Positions 28,051 through 37,465 of a DNA stretch of 64,000 nucleotides are shown here, piece by piece. The notes below the pieces were generated by a model, which saw only the letters and a list, made by a program, of their open reading frames with translations, was not told where the DNA came from and did not search any database. How positions within the stretch are numbered: the first letter of the stretch is position 1; every line of letters begins with the position of its first letter. The translations under genes were made by a program, and so were the position numbers. The stretch comes from a virus (Duplodnaviria; Caudoviricetes): positions 1 through 64,000 of the IMG/VR virus record IMGVR_UViG_3300028380_000482; one strand, written 5' to 3'.

Positions 28051-29051
28051 TGGAACCCGCACTACTTAGCCAAATTACGCAGCTCTTTAAGAACGGGGCG
28101 CTCGTCTGGGGACCAACCATCTCAGGCATTGTCGAGCCGTGGTACTTCGACACTTTACTGATTGCCTGGTTCTTCGCTTTTTTTGGAATCGCTTTCAATA
28201 TTGGGGTAGACTTTTTTCCTGCGCTGTTCTTATTCTTTATTCGAAACGGGTTCTTTTTGAGTATGATCCGGTTTGGGCCTGAGTGGATTAACCAACTGTT
28301 TGATAGCATCAAGAATCTTGGGTATCGGATGGGGATGCCAAACTTGGACCCCTCGGCGATTGCGGCAATGGGACCTGTCGTGGCCGATCCGATTATGAAA
28401 AGCCTCGCAGACCAGGGGATGTTATCGTATCTCTTTAGCCCTTCGACCTACATTTTTAGTTTTGCTGGTGTCGCCGTCGAGTTCGCGTTTCTCGCGCTCG
28501 CCTTTATGACGATGGCAACTCTGATTCTCAGTTATGTATTGACGGCGGGCTGTCCCTTCTTTTTTGTCTTCGCGGCGATCCCGTTCACACGCGGGATGAC
28601 GATGGGCTATGTCCGACTCGTCTTCGGGACTCTCGCTACATTATTTACCATTCTCCTCATTACGGCGAACGTCGTTGAGGTCGGGGAGTTGATACAGGTA
28701 TGGGAACGAGCGGTTTTTCTCAATCCTGCGGTGACACTCACTGCAAGTGATTACGCGCTGCCGCTTGGCGTAGCGATCGTACTGACCTGCATGTTCATTT
28801 GGTTGCCGATCAAGGTCGGGCGGGAGATGTACGGATTCGTACCGGAGTGGAGTGGCGGGCGGGCGGCAGGGTTTGCGCTTGGCGGGGTTCGTGCCGCCGG
28901 TGGTGCGGCACAGGACGCCTTTCAGAAGATGACGGGCGGCGGCGGGAGTCACAGCAGTTCAGGCGGCGGAGGAAGCCCAAGCCGCACTGGTGGGGGCGGT
29001 AGTCCCAAAGGGACACTCGGGACAACGCCGTGGGGGTTTGCAAAACCATGA
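28050..29051 (+). CDS. trbL: TrbL/VirB6 polytopic membrane protein
   Basis: WINQLFDSIKNLG...DPSAIAAMG, several TMs, Gly/Ser-rich tail. Confidence 0.82.
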   Translation: MEPALLSQITQLFKNGALVWGPTISGIVEPWYFDTLLIAWFFAFFGIAFNIGVDFFPALFLFFIRNGFFLSMIRFGPEWINQLFDSIKNLGYRMGMPNLDPSAIAAMGPVVADPIMKSLADQGMLSYLFSPSTYIFSFAGVAVEFAFLALAFMTMATLILSYVLTAGCPFFFVFAAIPFTRGMTMGYVRLVFGTLATLFTILLITANVVEVGELIQVWERAVFLNPAVTLTASDYALPLGVAIVLTCMFIWLPIKVGREMYGFVPEWSGGRAAGFALGGVRAAGGAAQDAFQKMTGGGGSHSSSGGGGSPSRTGGGGSPKGTLGTTPWGFAKP

Positions 29052-29070
29052 TCTCAGGAGGTGCTCGCAC

Positions 29071-29295
29071 ATGAGTGGTACAAGCTACCGATCGCGCTTT
29101 TCACAGAGCGCATGGGGGTCAATACCCGATGACGACGATGACGGTGGCGGGGGGCAGCGGTGGATGTCCTGGCCTCCGCCTCCCAAGCCCCGGCTGGGAG
29201 TGAAGGCCCCGTTGCAAATCCCCTTTCGAGAAACGCTGAGCGAGAAATTCGAACAAGCGTTCGACCGGGCATTCTCTAGAAGGAAAAACAAATGA
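29071..29295 (+). CDS. hypothetical low-complexity protein
   Basis: AGGAGG RBS. Confidence 0.45.
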   Translation: MSGTSYRSRFSQSAWGSIPDDDDDGGGGQRWMSWPPPPKPRLGVKAPLQIPFRETLSEKFEQAFDRAFSRRKNK

Positions 29296-29717
29296 TTAAC
29301 TCCGGCCAATGGCACGAGTGCCCGGTCTGTGGTGCAACGGTACGGCTTGGGTTTGAGACCTGTCGGCGCGAACGACAGACGATGGTCGTCACGTATGAAA
29401 ACTCTCTTGGTTGGCTGAGCTGGACGGTCGGACGACAACGCAACTTTGAAGTGCAAACATTGTGTGTGTGGTGCGGGGAGCAGGAGGACGCGGCAATCGC
29501 TGCACGGAAGCAGCAGAGGCTCCTCCTGCTTGGTGGGTACGGAGTGGGTTTTTACGGCTGGTTCAAGTACGGAATGGTAGGGTTGTATGGGGCAGGGGGG
29601 GCGGTGGTTGCGTTCATACTTGCGAGCTGGTTGTGGCGGCGACATCGCGCAGGACGAATGCAGGAACAGAAGCAACTCTATCTAGAGATAATGGACCGGG
29701 AGAGGAGGGCGGAATGA
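29292..29717 (+). CDS. zinc-finger membrane protein
   Basis: CPVC...CVWC and two C-terminal TMs; coupled at both ends. Confidence 0.55.
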   Translation: MINSGQWHECPVCGATVRLGFETCRRERQTMVVTYENSLGWLSWTVGRQRNFEVQTLCVWCGEQEDAAIAARKQQRLLLLGGYGVGFYGWFKYGMVGLYGAGGAVVAFILASWLWRRHRAGRMQEQKQLYLEIMDRERRAE

Positions 29718-30472
29718 ATAGCATCTTATCTTGGTTTCGACGATCAAAACCGAATCCAGTTGACCTGAGCACGCCACACGTTCGCGCGCAAGTCAAACTA
29801 GATTCCAAGGAACGGAACCATCAACGACTTGTTCGGGCATGGCAGACCGCAGCGGCGGGAGCGTTCCTTCTGGCGTGCGGATCAGGCTACGGCAACTACT
29901 GGCAGTTGAACCGAGCGGAGGTCGAGTATCAGTTTACTGTCTACAGTAATACCTATCAGCCGGTCCCATTTCTTGTTCGCCGGGCCAGTGTCATTTCAAA
30001 CCTCGACCCGCAGAAGCAAGGCATCGTGGGCATGGTACTGAATCGTTATATCGAGTTATGGCGGCTCCGTATCATGGAAGGCAACTTTCTGATTCGCCAG
30101 TTGAACCAAGCGAGGAGCATGATTGCTGGACCTGCGCTTGGGAAGTTCGACGCCTGGTACAAAGATACCGATCCGGTGAACAAGAGCGAACGAGAGAAAG
30201 TGGTTGTGCGGGTGAGCGAATCCCCACCGATGCCAGTATCACAGATGCCGTCAGAGAATACATGGGAAGCGGCATGGACAGAGGAACTCCAAGATCGCAA
30301 TGGCGTGGTGCTAGGAACACAAAATTGCACTGGTCATTTTCGCATTAAGTATGATCCGAAGTTTGCCGATCCGCTCAATGTATTTGGCGCGGTCGTGATC
30401 GATCAGACGGAACAATGTGGGAAAGGAGCACCCCAGGGGAGGGTACAAGGGGGGAATTATGCCTCTAAGTAA
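29714..30472 (+). CDS. trbF: TrbF/VirB8
   Basis: RAWQ + TM; SENTWEAAWTEE...G.F.I....NVFGAVV. Confidence 0.8.
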   Translation: MNSILSWFRRSKPNPVDLSTPHVRAQVKLDSKERNHQRLVRAWQTAAAGAFLLACGSGYGNYWQLNRAEVEYQFTVYSNTYQPVPFLVRRASVISNLDPQKQGIVGMVLNRYIELWRLRIMEGNFLIRQLNQARSMIAGPALGKFDAWYKDTDPVNKSEREKVVVRVSESPPMPVSQMPSENTWEAAWTEELQDRNGVVLGTQNCTGHFRIKYDPKFADPLNVFGAVVIDQTEQCGKGAPQGRVQGGNYASK

Positions 30473-31388
30473 AGATACGAAATACGGACTATTTTTGGTT
30501 CTTTTCTTAGGGGGGTGTGCGGTTCCCCCGGTCAGACAGACGCCAGTTGACGTATCAACGCCACACCTGGCAGCCACGCCAGCAGCACCTCCGGCTATCG
30601 CAGGGAGTGTGATACCGGCAGTGCAACTGCATCCTCAGATGGCCGAGGCTCCCATTCCTAGGGCGCGCATTACTCCCGCCGTTGATGTAATTGGTAAGAC
30701 CGCAGCAACCCTGATTTTCGATCCTGATCGGCAATATCCGCTCGTCTGCCCCATGTGGCGACAGGTGATTGTCAGGCTTCTTCCTGGCGAGATTCTGCGG
30801 GATTATGGGGCACCAAACGGAGAAGAGTGGATTATTCAACCCTCCTCTTCGTCGGTGAACGGAGAAGAGGTGGTAGTGTTCTTCATCAAAAGCACGCCGC
30901 TCGCTCCGGTGACTGACTTCACGGTAACGACCGACAAGAACATCTACATGATGCAGCTTTTACCCAGTGGTAAGGGTGTGAATCGCAATGTGCGGCTCGT
31001 GCGGTTCCGCGATCCAAACGCCGAACTCCTCCGAGAAGAAGCCCGGATTGCTAAAGAAGAACGACGGCGACAACGAGCGCTAGAGCCCAAGATACCGACG
31101 CTGAACACAGTGACAGCGCGCACGTATCAGGTCAGCGGGCCTGCGGTGGTGTGGCATCCGGTGAGTGTGACAGGAGACGATGTGCATACCTTTATTAAGC
31201 TGCCATCTGAGACCGGGGCAGAGTTGCCGATCCTCACAGTCATGCGAGACGGCGAGTATGAGCAACCAAATTATCGGACAGTACGGGACACAGATGGGCG
31301 GGTTGTGCTGGTAGTTGATGGGCCGGTACGACAGCAAGCGAAGCTGACCGGCATGGATGGTGAAGTGCTGATTTCAGGAGGGAATTAA
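30459..31388 (+). CDS. trbG: TrbG/VirB9 core-complex lipoprotein
   Basis: Lipobox LGGC; LLPGE, VTTDKNIY, WHPVSV..D..HTFIKLP, PNYR, LVVD. Confidence 0.85.
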   Translation: MPLSKDTKYGLFLVLFLGGCAVPPVRQTPVDVSTPHLAATPAAPPAIAGSVIPAVQLHPQMAEAPIPRARITPAVDVIGKTAATLIFDPDRQYPLVCPMWRQVIVRLLPGEILRDYGAPNGEEWIIQPSSSSVNGEEVVVFFIKSTPLAPVTDFTVTTDKNIYMMQLLPSGKGVNRNVRLVRFRDPNAELLREEARIAKEERRRQRALEPKIPTLNTVTARTYQVSGPAVVWHPVSVTGDDVHTFIKLPSETGAELPILTVMRDGEYEQPNYRTVRDTDGRVVLVVDGPVRQQAKLTGMDGEVLISGGN

Positions 31389-31389
31389 G

Positions 31390-31839
31390 ATGGACATGTC
31401 ATTATTCAGCTTTTTGTGTGCCTGGGCGCTAATTGTGCTGACTATTATCGGAGTCTTTATTTTAGGGGCTGTTGTATTCGGAATTGCGGCGTGGTTAGAG
31501 CAACAAGGGCCGATCTTGCGGCTTAAATTTTGGGCGTATGTTGCGACCAAACCACGACTAGAAAAGGCGGTTCCACTGCTCTTTTCCGGGCTAGGAATTG
31601 GCGTCCTTTTTACTCTACCTGCGAGCTTCTTCTGGCTGCTAACTGTTGTCGCATTTCCTGAGGGATTACTTACCGAACCCGCGCCTTCTGTTCCTAACTC
31701 GGAGGTTGCCTTAGCAATCACCCTTGTTCTTATGAGCATTGTCTCTGTGTGTGCGATTGGCGTTGTCAGTCCAAAGCCAGAAGCGAAAGAATCGGCAGAG
31801 AAAGACATGCAATCTAGTCAGTTAGTGAGGGGGAGCTAA
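31390..31839 (+). CDS. three-TM membrane protein
   Basis: Hydrophobic segments; inserted between trbG and trbI. Confidence 0.6.
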   Translation: MDMSLFSFLCAWALIVLTIIGVFILGAVVFGIAAWLEQQGPILRLKFWAYVATKPRLEKAVPLLFSGLGIGVLFTLPASFFWLLTVVAFPEGLLTEPAPSVPNSEVALAITLVLMSIVSVCAIGVVSPKPEAKESAEKDMQSSQLVRGS

Positions 31840-33023
31840 TGGCTGGGCCAGCAATCAATAATCCTACTCCACAACCCAGGAAACGGGGCGCGTCACCTCG
31901 CTTCTTTAAGCTCGCAGTGGGTCTCCTGGTAGCGATGGCAGTCGGGCTTTTTTGGGTGCGGTGGACCGATATACGGCATCGGGGGGGAGAGGCTTCCGCC
32001 TCTCCAACGTTACTCAATCGAGCACAAACTGACCTGACCTTACCGGATAAGAAAAAAGAAGAAGTCAAAACACCGCCTGTACAAAACAAGGAACCGAAGA
32101 CACAAGACAAGCACGAAGCGCGGCAGCCTAGGAAAAAAACTAAGTTTGAAGAGATGCAGGAAGAGAAGCGGTTAGCGGCGATTTGGGGGAATCCAATCTT
32201 GGGACGAAACACCCCAAAGGAGGGTGCAAGGGACGGACAAGAACGTAACAACGCGCAACACGCGGCCCGCTCGCAAGAGCCATATAATGACCGAAACACT
32301 TTGGAAGTGGGGTCAACAGGCAGCAATGGGCGCGGCAATCGCGCAGACGCAAGCCTCTGGAACACCAGCTTTGACAAGCGCGGGCGGGGGCAAGTTGGGG
32401 TGCTGCAAGCACCGCTCTCGCCGTTCACGGTATGGCCGGGGTGGAAGATTCCGGTCAAGTTAGTGGATGGAATAGATACGGATACGCCCGGTCAGATTAG
32501 CGCAGTAGTGGTGGAAGATGTGATGGACTCGGCAACCGGAATGCACAAGTTAGCACCTGCGGGCACGCGCATTCTCGGCTCATACGACGACCAAATTCAG
32601 CGGAGTCAGGAGCGATTACCAAATGCTTGGCATACGCTGATCTTGCCGAATGGGCGACCAATGGCACTCGGCGGAATGCCGGGGGCCGACCGGCGTGGGG
32701 TGTCAGGCATCCCGATTGAGACTGACAATCACACATGGGAAATCGCAGGCCAAGCCTTGCTAATGACGGTCACAGGGGCAGCGGGTCAGATGGCGACACG
32801 AGGTGGGTACAGCGGCAACGACGTTGACCCAGGCGATGCGTTACAGATGGAAGCGGGGCGCGAGATTCGCCGATCGGGGCGGCAGGTAGCGGGGCGCGGG
32901 TATCGGCAGCCGACCGGGAAAGCGGAGAGTGGGGAAGTCTTCTTTGTGGTTGTGACGGCCCCATTGGATTTTAAGCAGCCTTATCAAGAAGAGACTGACG
33001 TTGCATTTGGAGAAGAGGAATGA
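31839..33023 (+). CDS. trbI: TrbI/VirB10
   Basis: SPFTV.PG..IP..L..GIDTDTPGQISA.V..DV.DS.TG..L.P.GTRILG.YD, DNH. Confidence 0.92.
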   Translation: MAGPAINNPTPQPRKRGASPRFFKLAVGLLVAMAVGLFWVRWTDIRHRGGEASASPTLLNRAQTDLTLPDKKKEEVKTPPVQNKEPKTQDKHEARQPRKKTKFEEMQEEKRLAAIWGNPILGRNTPKEGARDGQERNNAQHAARSQEPYNDRNTLEVGSTGSNGRGNRADASLWNTSFDKRGRGQVGVLQAPLSPFTVWPGWKIPVKLVDGIDTDTPGQISAVVVEDVMDSATGMHKLAPAGTRILGSYDDQIQRSQERLPNAWHTLILPNGRPMALGGMPGADRRGVSGIPIETDNHTWEIAGQALLMTVTGAAGQMATRGGYSGNDVDPGDALQMEAGREIRRSGRQVAGRGYRQPTGKAESGEVFFVVVTAPLDFKQPYQEETDVAFGEEE

Positions 33024-33544
33024 CCTTCTTTCTTCGCATAATCGGTGCGTTCTGTCTGCTCGTGCTACTGAGCGGGTCGGCAATCAACTCGTTCGGGTAT
33101 CACGTCAACATTACGAACTCGCTCCCTCGCGGTATCTATAAGATAGCCCACGGTCCAGTAGTTCGGGGAGCTTTAGTAGTTGAGTGTTTGTTGCCGCAAC
33201 TCTCCAAATTGGGCAAAGATCGAGAATGGATCGGGCGCGGCTCGTGTCCAAGCGGCACTATGCCGATCCTCAAGCGCGTAGTCGGAGTGCCGGGTGATAC
33301 GGTGACGGCGACACGGGACTACATCCAGATAAATAGTTTCATTCTGCTTAATACGGCGTCTCTGTTTCTGGACTCACAGGGGCGGGAAATCCCCCGTGTC
33401 GGAGATCACACCTACACGTTACAGCCCGGACAAGTGTTATTGTTGGCCGACAATCCGCAGTCGTGGGATAGTCGGTACATGGGGTCAGTGGACATGACAA
33501 CGATCCTCGCAACGGCGGAGCCGGTCTGGTTATGGGAGGACTAA
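33020..33544 (+). CDS. traF: conjugal pilin-processing S26 peptidase TraF
   Basis: NITNSLPRGIY, G.CPSG..PILKRVVGVPGD, SWDSRYMG. Confidence 0.9.
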   Translation: MTFFLRIIGAFCLLVLLSGSAINSFGYHVNITNSLPRGIYKIAHGPVVRGALVVECLLPQLSKLGKDREWIGRGSCPSGTMPILKRVVGVPGDTVTATRDYIQINSFILLNTASLFLDSQGREIPRVGDHTYTLQPGQVLLLADNPQSWDSRYMGSVDMTTILATAEPVWLWED

Positions 33545-33546
33545 TT

Positions 33547-33732
33547 ATGAAGTTTCCATTAGTAATCGCGGTAATTCTTATTGCAACAATTGCATTTAAT
33601 GTTGGGTATGAATTAGGCCAAGAAAAGGCTGTGATGTCGCAGTTTGAGCACCCACGGCAACATCTTGTAGACGTGTTTCCTGGTCATAAATTTGAGTTGC
33701 GAATAGATAAACTGCCCGCCGAGAAAGAATAA
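33547..33732 (+). CDS. small membrane-anchored protein
   Basis: N-terminal TM; GGAGG RBS. Confidence 0.5.
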   Translation: MKFPLVIAVILIATIAFNVGYELGQEKAVMSQFEHPRQHLVDVFPGHKFELRIDKLPAEKE

Positions 33733-33734
33733 GA

Positions 33735-34703
33735 GTGAACACGAATCGTCGCCAACAAGAGCGCATTCTTGACGATTACGAGACCGGGCTGGGGCCGGAG
33801 ATTCGGGCTGCGATCCGCAAACCGGGAGTCACGGGGATCAAGGTTGCGGGCGAAGACGGGAAGCTCTTTGTCAAAGAACACAGCACGAAATGGGTCGATA
33901 CGTTGCATGTGGTTCCGTTAGCGGTCCGGCGATCGACGCTCAATATGATCTCTTCCGAGTTGCAGAAGTCATTCAACGAAGAACAACCAAGCCTCTCCGG
34001 CGAGCTGCCGTTGACCGGAGATCGGGTGCAGGCGTGGTGCCCACCGATCGCAGACTACAGTCTCGTGATTCGCCGCCACAGCTCACAAGTCTTTTCATTG
34101 GAAGACTATGTTGACGCGCAGATCATGACCCAACAGCAGGCAAATACACTGCGGCGGTACGTACATGAGCATAAGAACATGGTGTGGTGTGGCGCAGTCG
34201 ATAGTGGCAAAACCACTGCCTGTAACGCCTGTCTAGCAGAAATCGAGGGAACCGAGCACGTCTTTATTGTTGAGGATACCAAGGAACTAAAGTTTCTCGG
34301 TGCAAACGTCACGCGACTCCAGACCGCCAATTCAGTCGCCACATTACAGAGTCTTGCGCGTGATTCGTTGCGTGGCGATTACGACCGCTTAGTGATCGGC
34401 GAGACACGCGGTGCGGAGGGGGTTGAGGTCATCAAGATATGGAACGCTGGGCGGCGGGGTGGATTTACCACGGTGCACGCGGAGAGTGCGGCGGGTGCGT
34501 TTGTGCGGTTTGCGATGTTCTGCCAGGAGGCAAGGTTGCCGCCTTTGTGGATGCAGATCGAGGCAGCGATTGACGTTGTGATACATATCGCCATGACGCA
34601 AGAAGGACGGAAAATTACCGAGATCAGGGAGGTGCAGCATGAAGACATAGACATACCAATTAAGTTCAAGCGGCAAGAAGAGATGTACACAACAACACAT
34701 TAA
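33735..34703 (+). CDS. trbB: T4SS ATPase TrbB/VirB11
   Basis: PSLSGELP..G.R, GAVDSGKTT, VEDTKEL, LR...DRLVIGETRG.E, TVHA. Confidence 0.92.
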   Translation: MNTNRRQQERILDDYETGLGPEIRAAIRKPGVTGIKVAGEDGKLFVKEHSTKWVDTLHVVPLAVRRSTLNMISSELQKSFNEEQPSLSGELPLTGDRVQAWCPPIADYSLVIRRHSSQVFSLEDYVDAQIMTQQQANTLRRYVHEHKNMVWCGAVDSGKTTACNACLAEIEGTEHVFIVEDTKELKFLGANVTRLQTANSVATLQSLARDSLRGDYDRLVIGETRGAEGVEVIKIWNAGRRGGFTTVHAESAAGAFVRFAMFCQEARLPPLWMQIEAAIDVVIHIAMTQEGRKITEIREVQHEDIDIPIKFKRQEEMYTTTH

Positions 34704-34715
34704 AACAGCGAAAGG

Positions 34716-35051
34716 ATGGACGGTATGGTGCGTAGGGGACGGTTGATGTGGCTGGTTTTAATTGCGGTCGCGGCGATGGTCGGACTAGACGCCGGTGGGG
34801 CGATGGCCTCAGGAACAAACACGCTGGCGGAGATGAGTGCGGGCGTGTTAGCGGTTGGTGACACGTTACAGAGCACGGAAATCCTGGGGAGCATTGGATT
34901 CTGGCTGGTGGCGATTGGGGCGGTGGGGTTGCTGCGTGGGGATCTTGGTGCGGGGTGGGTGGGGTTCTTTATTCTGTTTATTGTCGTTGGCGTGCTGTTC
35001 AATGGACAGAATATCGTGGAGGCAATCGGCTGGTCGGCGGCGGTGGTATAG
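34716..35051 (+). CDS. trbC: TrbC/VirB2 major pilin
   Basis: Signal peptide (AMA/S) plus two hydrophobic helices; follows trbB. Confidence 0.7.
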   Translation: MDGMVRRGRLMWLVLIAVAAMVGLDAGGAMASGTNTLAEMSAGVLAVGDTLQSTEILGSIGFWLVAIGAVGLLRGDLGAGWVGFFILFIVVGVLFNGQNIVEAIGWSAAVV

Positions 35052-35056
35052 CTGCT

Positions 35057-35090
35057 TCCCCTCTGCCCTCTTGGCCGGAGGGCAGAGGGG
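35057..35090 (+). promoter_or_regulatory. strong intercistronic hairpin after the pilin gene
   Basis: CCCCTCTGCCCTC-loop-GAGGGCAGAGGGG, no U-tract. Confidence 0.6.
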
Positions 35091-35105
35091 CAACCTGGAG
35101 TAACT

Positions 35106-35474
35106 ATGAACGATTCATCATACCAAGACACTCCGATTATTCTACCCTTAGCGCAGGGTGTGTTGAGTCCTATCAAGCGGTGTGGAGCAGAACGCGCCCC
35201 TGCCGATTTGGGGTTTCTCCTTGCCTTTCTCATGTTCATGACAGCCATGTATGGACAGTGGAAAGCGCTCTACTTTCTTATTTTCCCGATCGCGTGGCAC
35301 ATCGCCTGGATGATCGTTTTCAGTCGAGACCCGCAGTATTGGGCGATCATGATGCGACAATGTGTGTGGTATCCGTGGCCGGAGTGGGTGCAAGCATGGC
35401 CGGGCCTTGGGGCAAAGCCAGTGAAGATCGAGGCAAGCGTGCCATTCAGGGGTGAGGCGGCGTATTCGGCATAA
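35106..35474 (+). CDS. trbD: TrbD/VirB3
   Basis: P....GAER + two TMs + RDPQ signature. Confidence 0.8.
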   Translation: MNDSSYQDTPIILPLAQGVLSPIKRCGAERAPADLGFLLAFLMFMTAMYGQWKALYFLIFPIAWHIAWMIVFSRDPQYWAIMMRQCVWYPWPEWVQAWPGLGAKPVKIEASVPFRGEAAYSA

Positions 35475-35623
35475 GAAAGTGTCGGACTTAAAATCGAGAG
35501 TTTTCATGCGGACAGAAATTTCGATTTTAACCCAGAGACGCCAGCGGTTTGGGGATTGTAGACGGCGATTGCATAATCTGGAAATAAGAATCAGCATTAA
35601 CGCGGAGTTACGGGGAGGGATGG

Positions 35624-35818
35624 ATGTCTACCGGGGTAAAAATAGGGATTGGACTGTTGACGCTTTTGTTGACGGGGTGCGCACAGAGTACGAGTTACCC
35701 ACGGAACACACGAAGCGGGTACTACGGGACGACTCGGAGCCCCACGTATGAAGTAACCCGCCAGATACAAGAGGTAGCGAGAATGCGGCGGGCATGGGAG
35801 CAGCTACGGAGATACTGA
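35624..35818 (+). CDS. small lipoprotein (possible VirB7/TrbH or exclusion protein)
   Basis: Lipobox LLTGC. Confidence 0.6.
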   Translation: MSTGVKIGIGLLTLLLTGCAQSTSYPRNTRSGYYGTTRSPTYEVTRQIQEVARMRRAWEQLRRY

Positions 35819-35819
35819 A

Positions 35820-36221
35820 ATGCCGTTTCGCAAAGCGGATTACGGCCCCGAGTGGGACCGGATTAAGAAACGGATACTTGAGCGCGAGGGGTATCGGTGT
35901 CGCATGTGTGGAGTGAAGCGGTACTCAGTCGGGGTGCGGCATAAGGATGGCAGATTCACGTTACACATTGAAGCAGCGAGTTACGAAGAAGCCCGCCGCT
36001 ACGCCAGAGACGGCGGGGGATTGATCGTTGTCAAGCTCGCCGTTGCTCACTTAAATCATGACTTAAGTAATCACGAACAATTCTTGACGGCCTTATGCGA
36101 TTATCACCACCTAAAACACGATCAGCCACAGCACACGGAGAATTCCAAGAAGACACGGGCCGCGAAACGGGAGCGGATACAATCGGAGTTATGGGATGAG
36201 CAATACGGTGTACTCATTTAG
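35820..36221 (+). CDS. phage HNH-like protein
   Basis: W..IKKRILEREGYRCRMCG...LAVAHLNHD..N...L.ALCDYHHLKHD. Confidence 0.8.
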   Translation: MPFRKADYGPEWDRIKKRILEREGYRCRMCGVKRYSVGVRHKDGRFTLHIEAASYEEARRYARDGGGLIVVKLAVAHLNHDLSNHEQFLTALCDYHHLKHDQPQHTENSKKTRAAKRERIQSELWDEQYGVLI

Positions 36222-36585
36222 GTTAAGCGACGAGATGGAAGTACGGGCGGAAGTACAGGCCAAACAGCGAGGGCTGAAGAGCGGGCACGCGCTCATGAAA
36301 GAGATCGTCGAGAACTATTTTAATGGAGAGGGAGACAAGCGCCAGAAGAACATGGACCTTTTGTTGGCCGAGATTGCAGGGTTGAAGGGTGAGGTAGGCG
36401 AGCTGACGTATGAAGTGATGCGGACGCGGGCGATGGTGGCGCGGGTGATTGATCCGAAGGGCGGAGAGCAAGGGGAGAAGGGAAAGCTGTTGATGGAGGT
36501 GGCGGGGAAGGATGTGGCAGCGTACGTGAACGGAGAGAATGGAGGAGCAGCATGTCAGACAAACGGACGAGAGAAGATTACATAG
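36196..36585 (+). CDS. RHH protein, TrwA/MobC-like relaxosome accessory candidate
   Basis: VYSFRLSDE...A..RG.....LMKEIVENYF followed by a helical oligomerisation segment. Confidence 0.6.
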   Translation: MSNTVYSFRLSDEMEVRAEVQAKQRGLKSGHALMKEIVENYFNGEGDKRQKNMDLLLAEIAGLKGEVGELTYEVMRTRAMVARVIDPKGGEQGEKGKLLMEVAGKDVAAYVNGENGGAACQTNGREKIT

Positions 36586-36986
36586 CAGAACACGGGACGC
36601 TAGCGGCAGTAATCGGGCAAATGATTACGGACCTGAGCGCGGGCGAGATTTCTCAGGAAGAAGCACGGAGACGCTTTCTCGACTACACCATAGAATACGA
36701 GTCGCTTCCACAGCGCGAGGGCTTCATTCAAACGTCCTCGATTGTGTCAGGACGGACCGGCAAGCCGCTGGTGGATTACCGATGGGATGACAAGCGGGTT
36801 CAGTGGACACCGGAAGAGGCACAGGCTCATGCGTTAGTGATTCTCGCGTGTGCTGAGGCGGCGATCATGGACGCGGCAGTGGTGGAGTTTTTGAAGGTGC
36901 GGATGGATCTTGATTGGGAAAAAGCGGCAGCGTTCGTGCATGACTTGCGGAACTTCAGAGAGGACATGAAAAAGGAATGGCAGTAA
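36552..36986 (+). CDS. hypothetical phage protein
   Basis: SIVSGRTGKPLV...QWTPEEA..HAL..L..AEAA..DA. Confidence 0.7.
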   Translation: MSDKRTREDYIAEHGTLAAVIGQMITDLSAGEISQEEARRRFLDYTIEYESLPQREGFIQTSSIVSGRTGKPLVDYRWDDKRVQWTPEEAQAHALVILACAEAAIMDAAVVEFLKVRMDLDWEKAAAFVHDLRNFREDMKKEWQ

Positions 36987-37186
36987 CCCCCGCTCGCCTT
37001 ACGGCGGTCCTTCGAGTGGCGAACTTTGTCCGCCGACTCTCAGACCCGCACGCTCGGCTTCGCTACGTTCACACCCTCTGTTGGGGTGACGCTGCTTAAA
37101 CTACCAGCGGCAGTCCTTCAGTTAGTGACCTCCGGCCACATAACTTCAGACCTGCACGCTTAGGCCCGTATCGAAAGGAATTCAAA

Positions 37187-37438
37187 ATGTGGACTCGACT
37201 GACGGACGAGATGGTCCTGACCGAGATTGTGTTGCTGCACGGGTGGGCGACGGCGTATACCGTGCAGCAGTTGGTTGAGGATCGGCTTGGTCGCAGAGTG
37301 AGGATGGGAGAGATTGGCAGGCGAGTACGGCGACTGTTTGCTGAACGGAAGATCAAAGTCATCGAGCACCGGGGCGGGGCGCCGTGGCGGTACGAGCCGT
37401 GGGGCTATGCGCTGGTGCGGGATGAATGCCACCCCTGA
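37187..37438 (+). CDS. winged-helix-like small protein
   Basis: AAGGA RBS; shares LTD(E/D)(M/L)V start motif with 38460-38804. Confidence 0.55.
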   Translation: MWTRLTDEMVLTEIVLLHGWATAYTVQQLVEDRLGRRVRMGEIGRRVRRLFAERKIKVIEHRGGAPWRYEPWGYALVRDECHP

Positions 37439-37465
37439 GAAGGGTGCAAGCGGAAGGGGTAGCCA

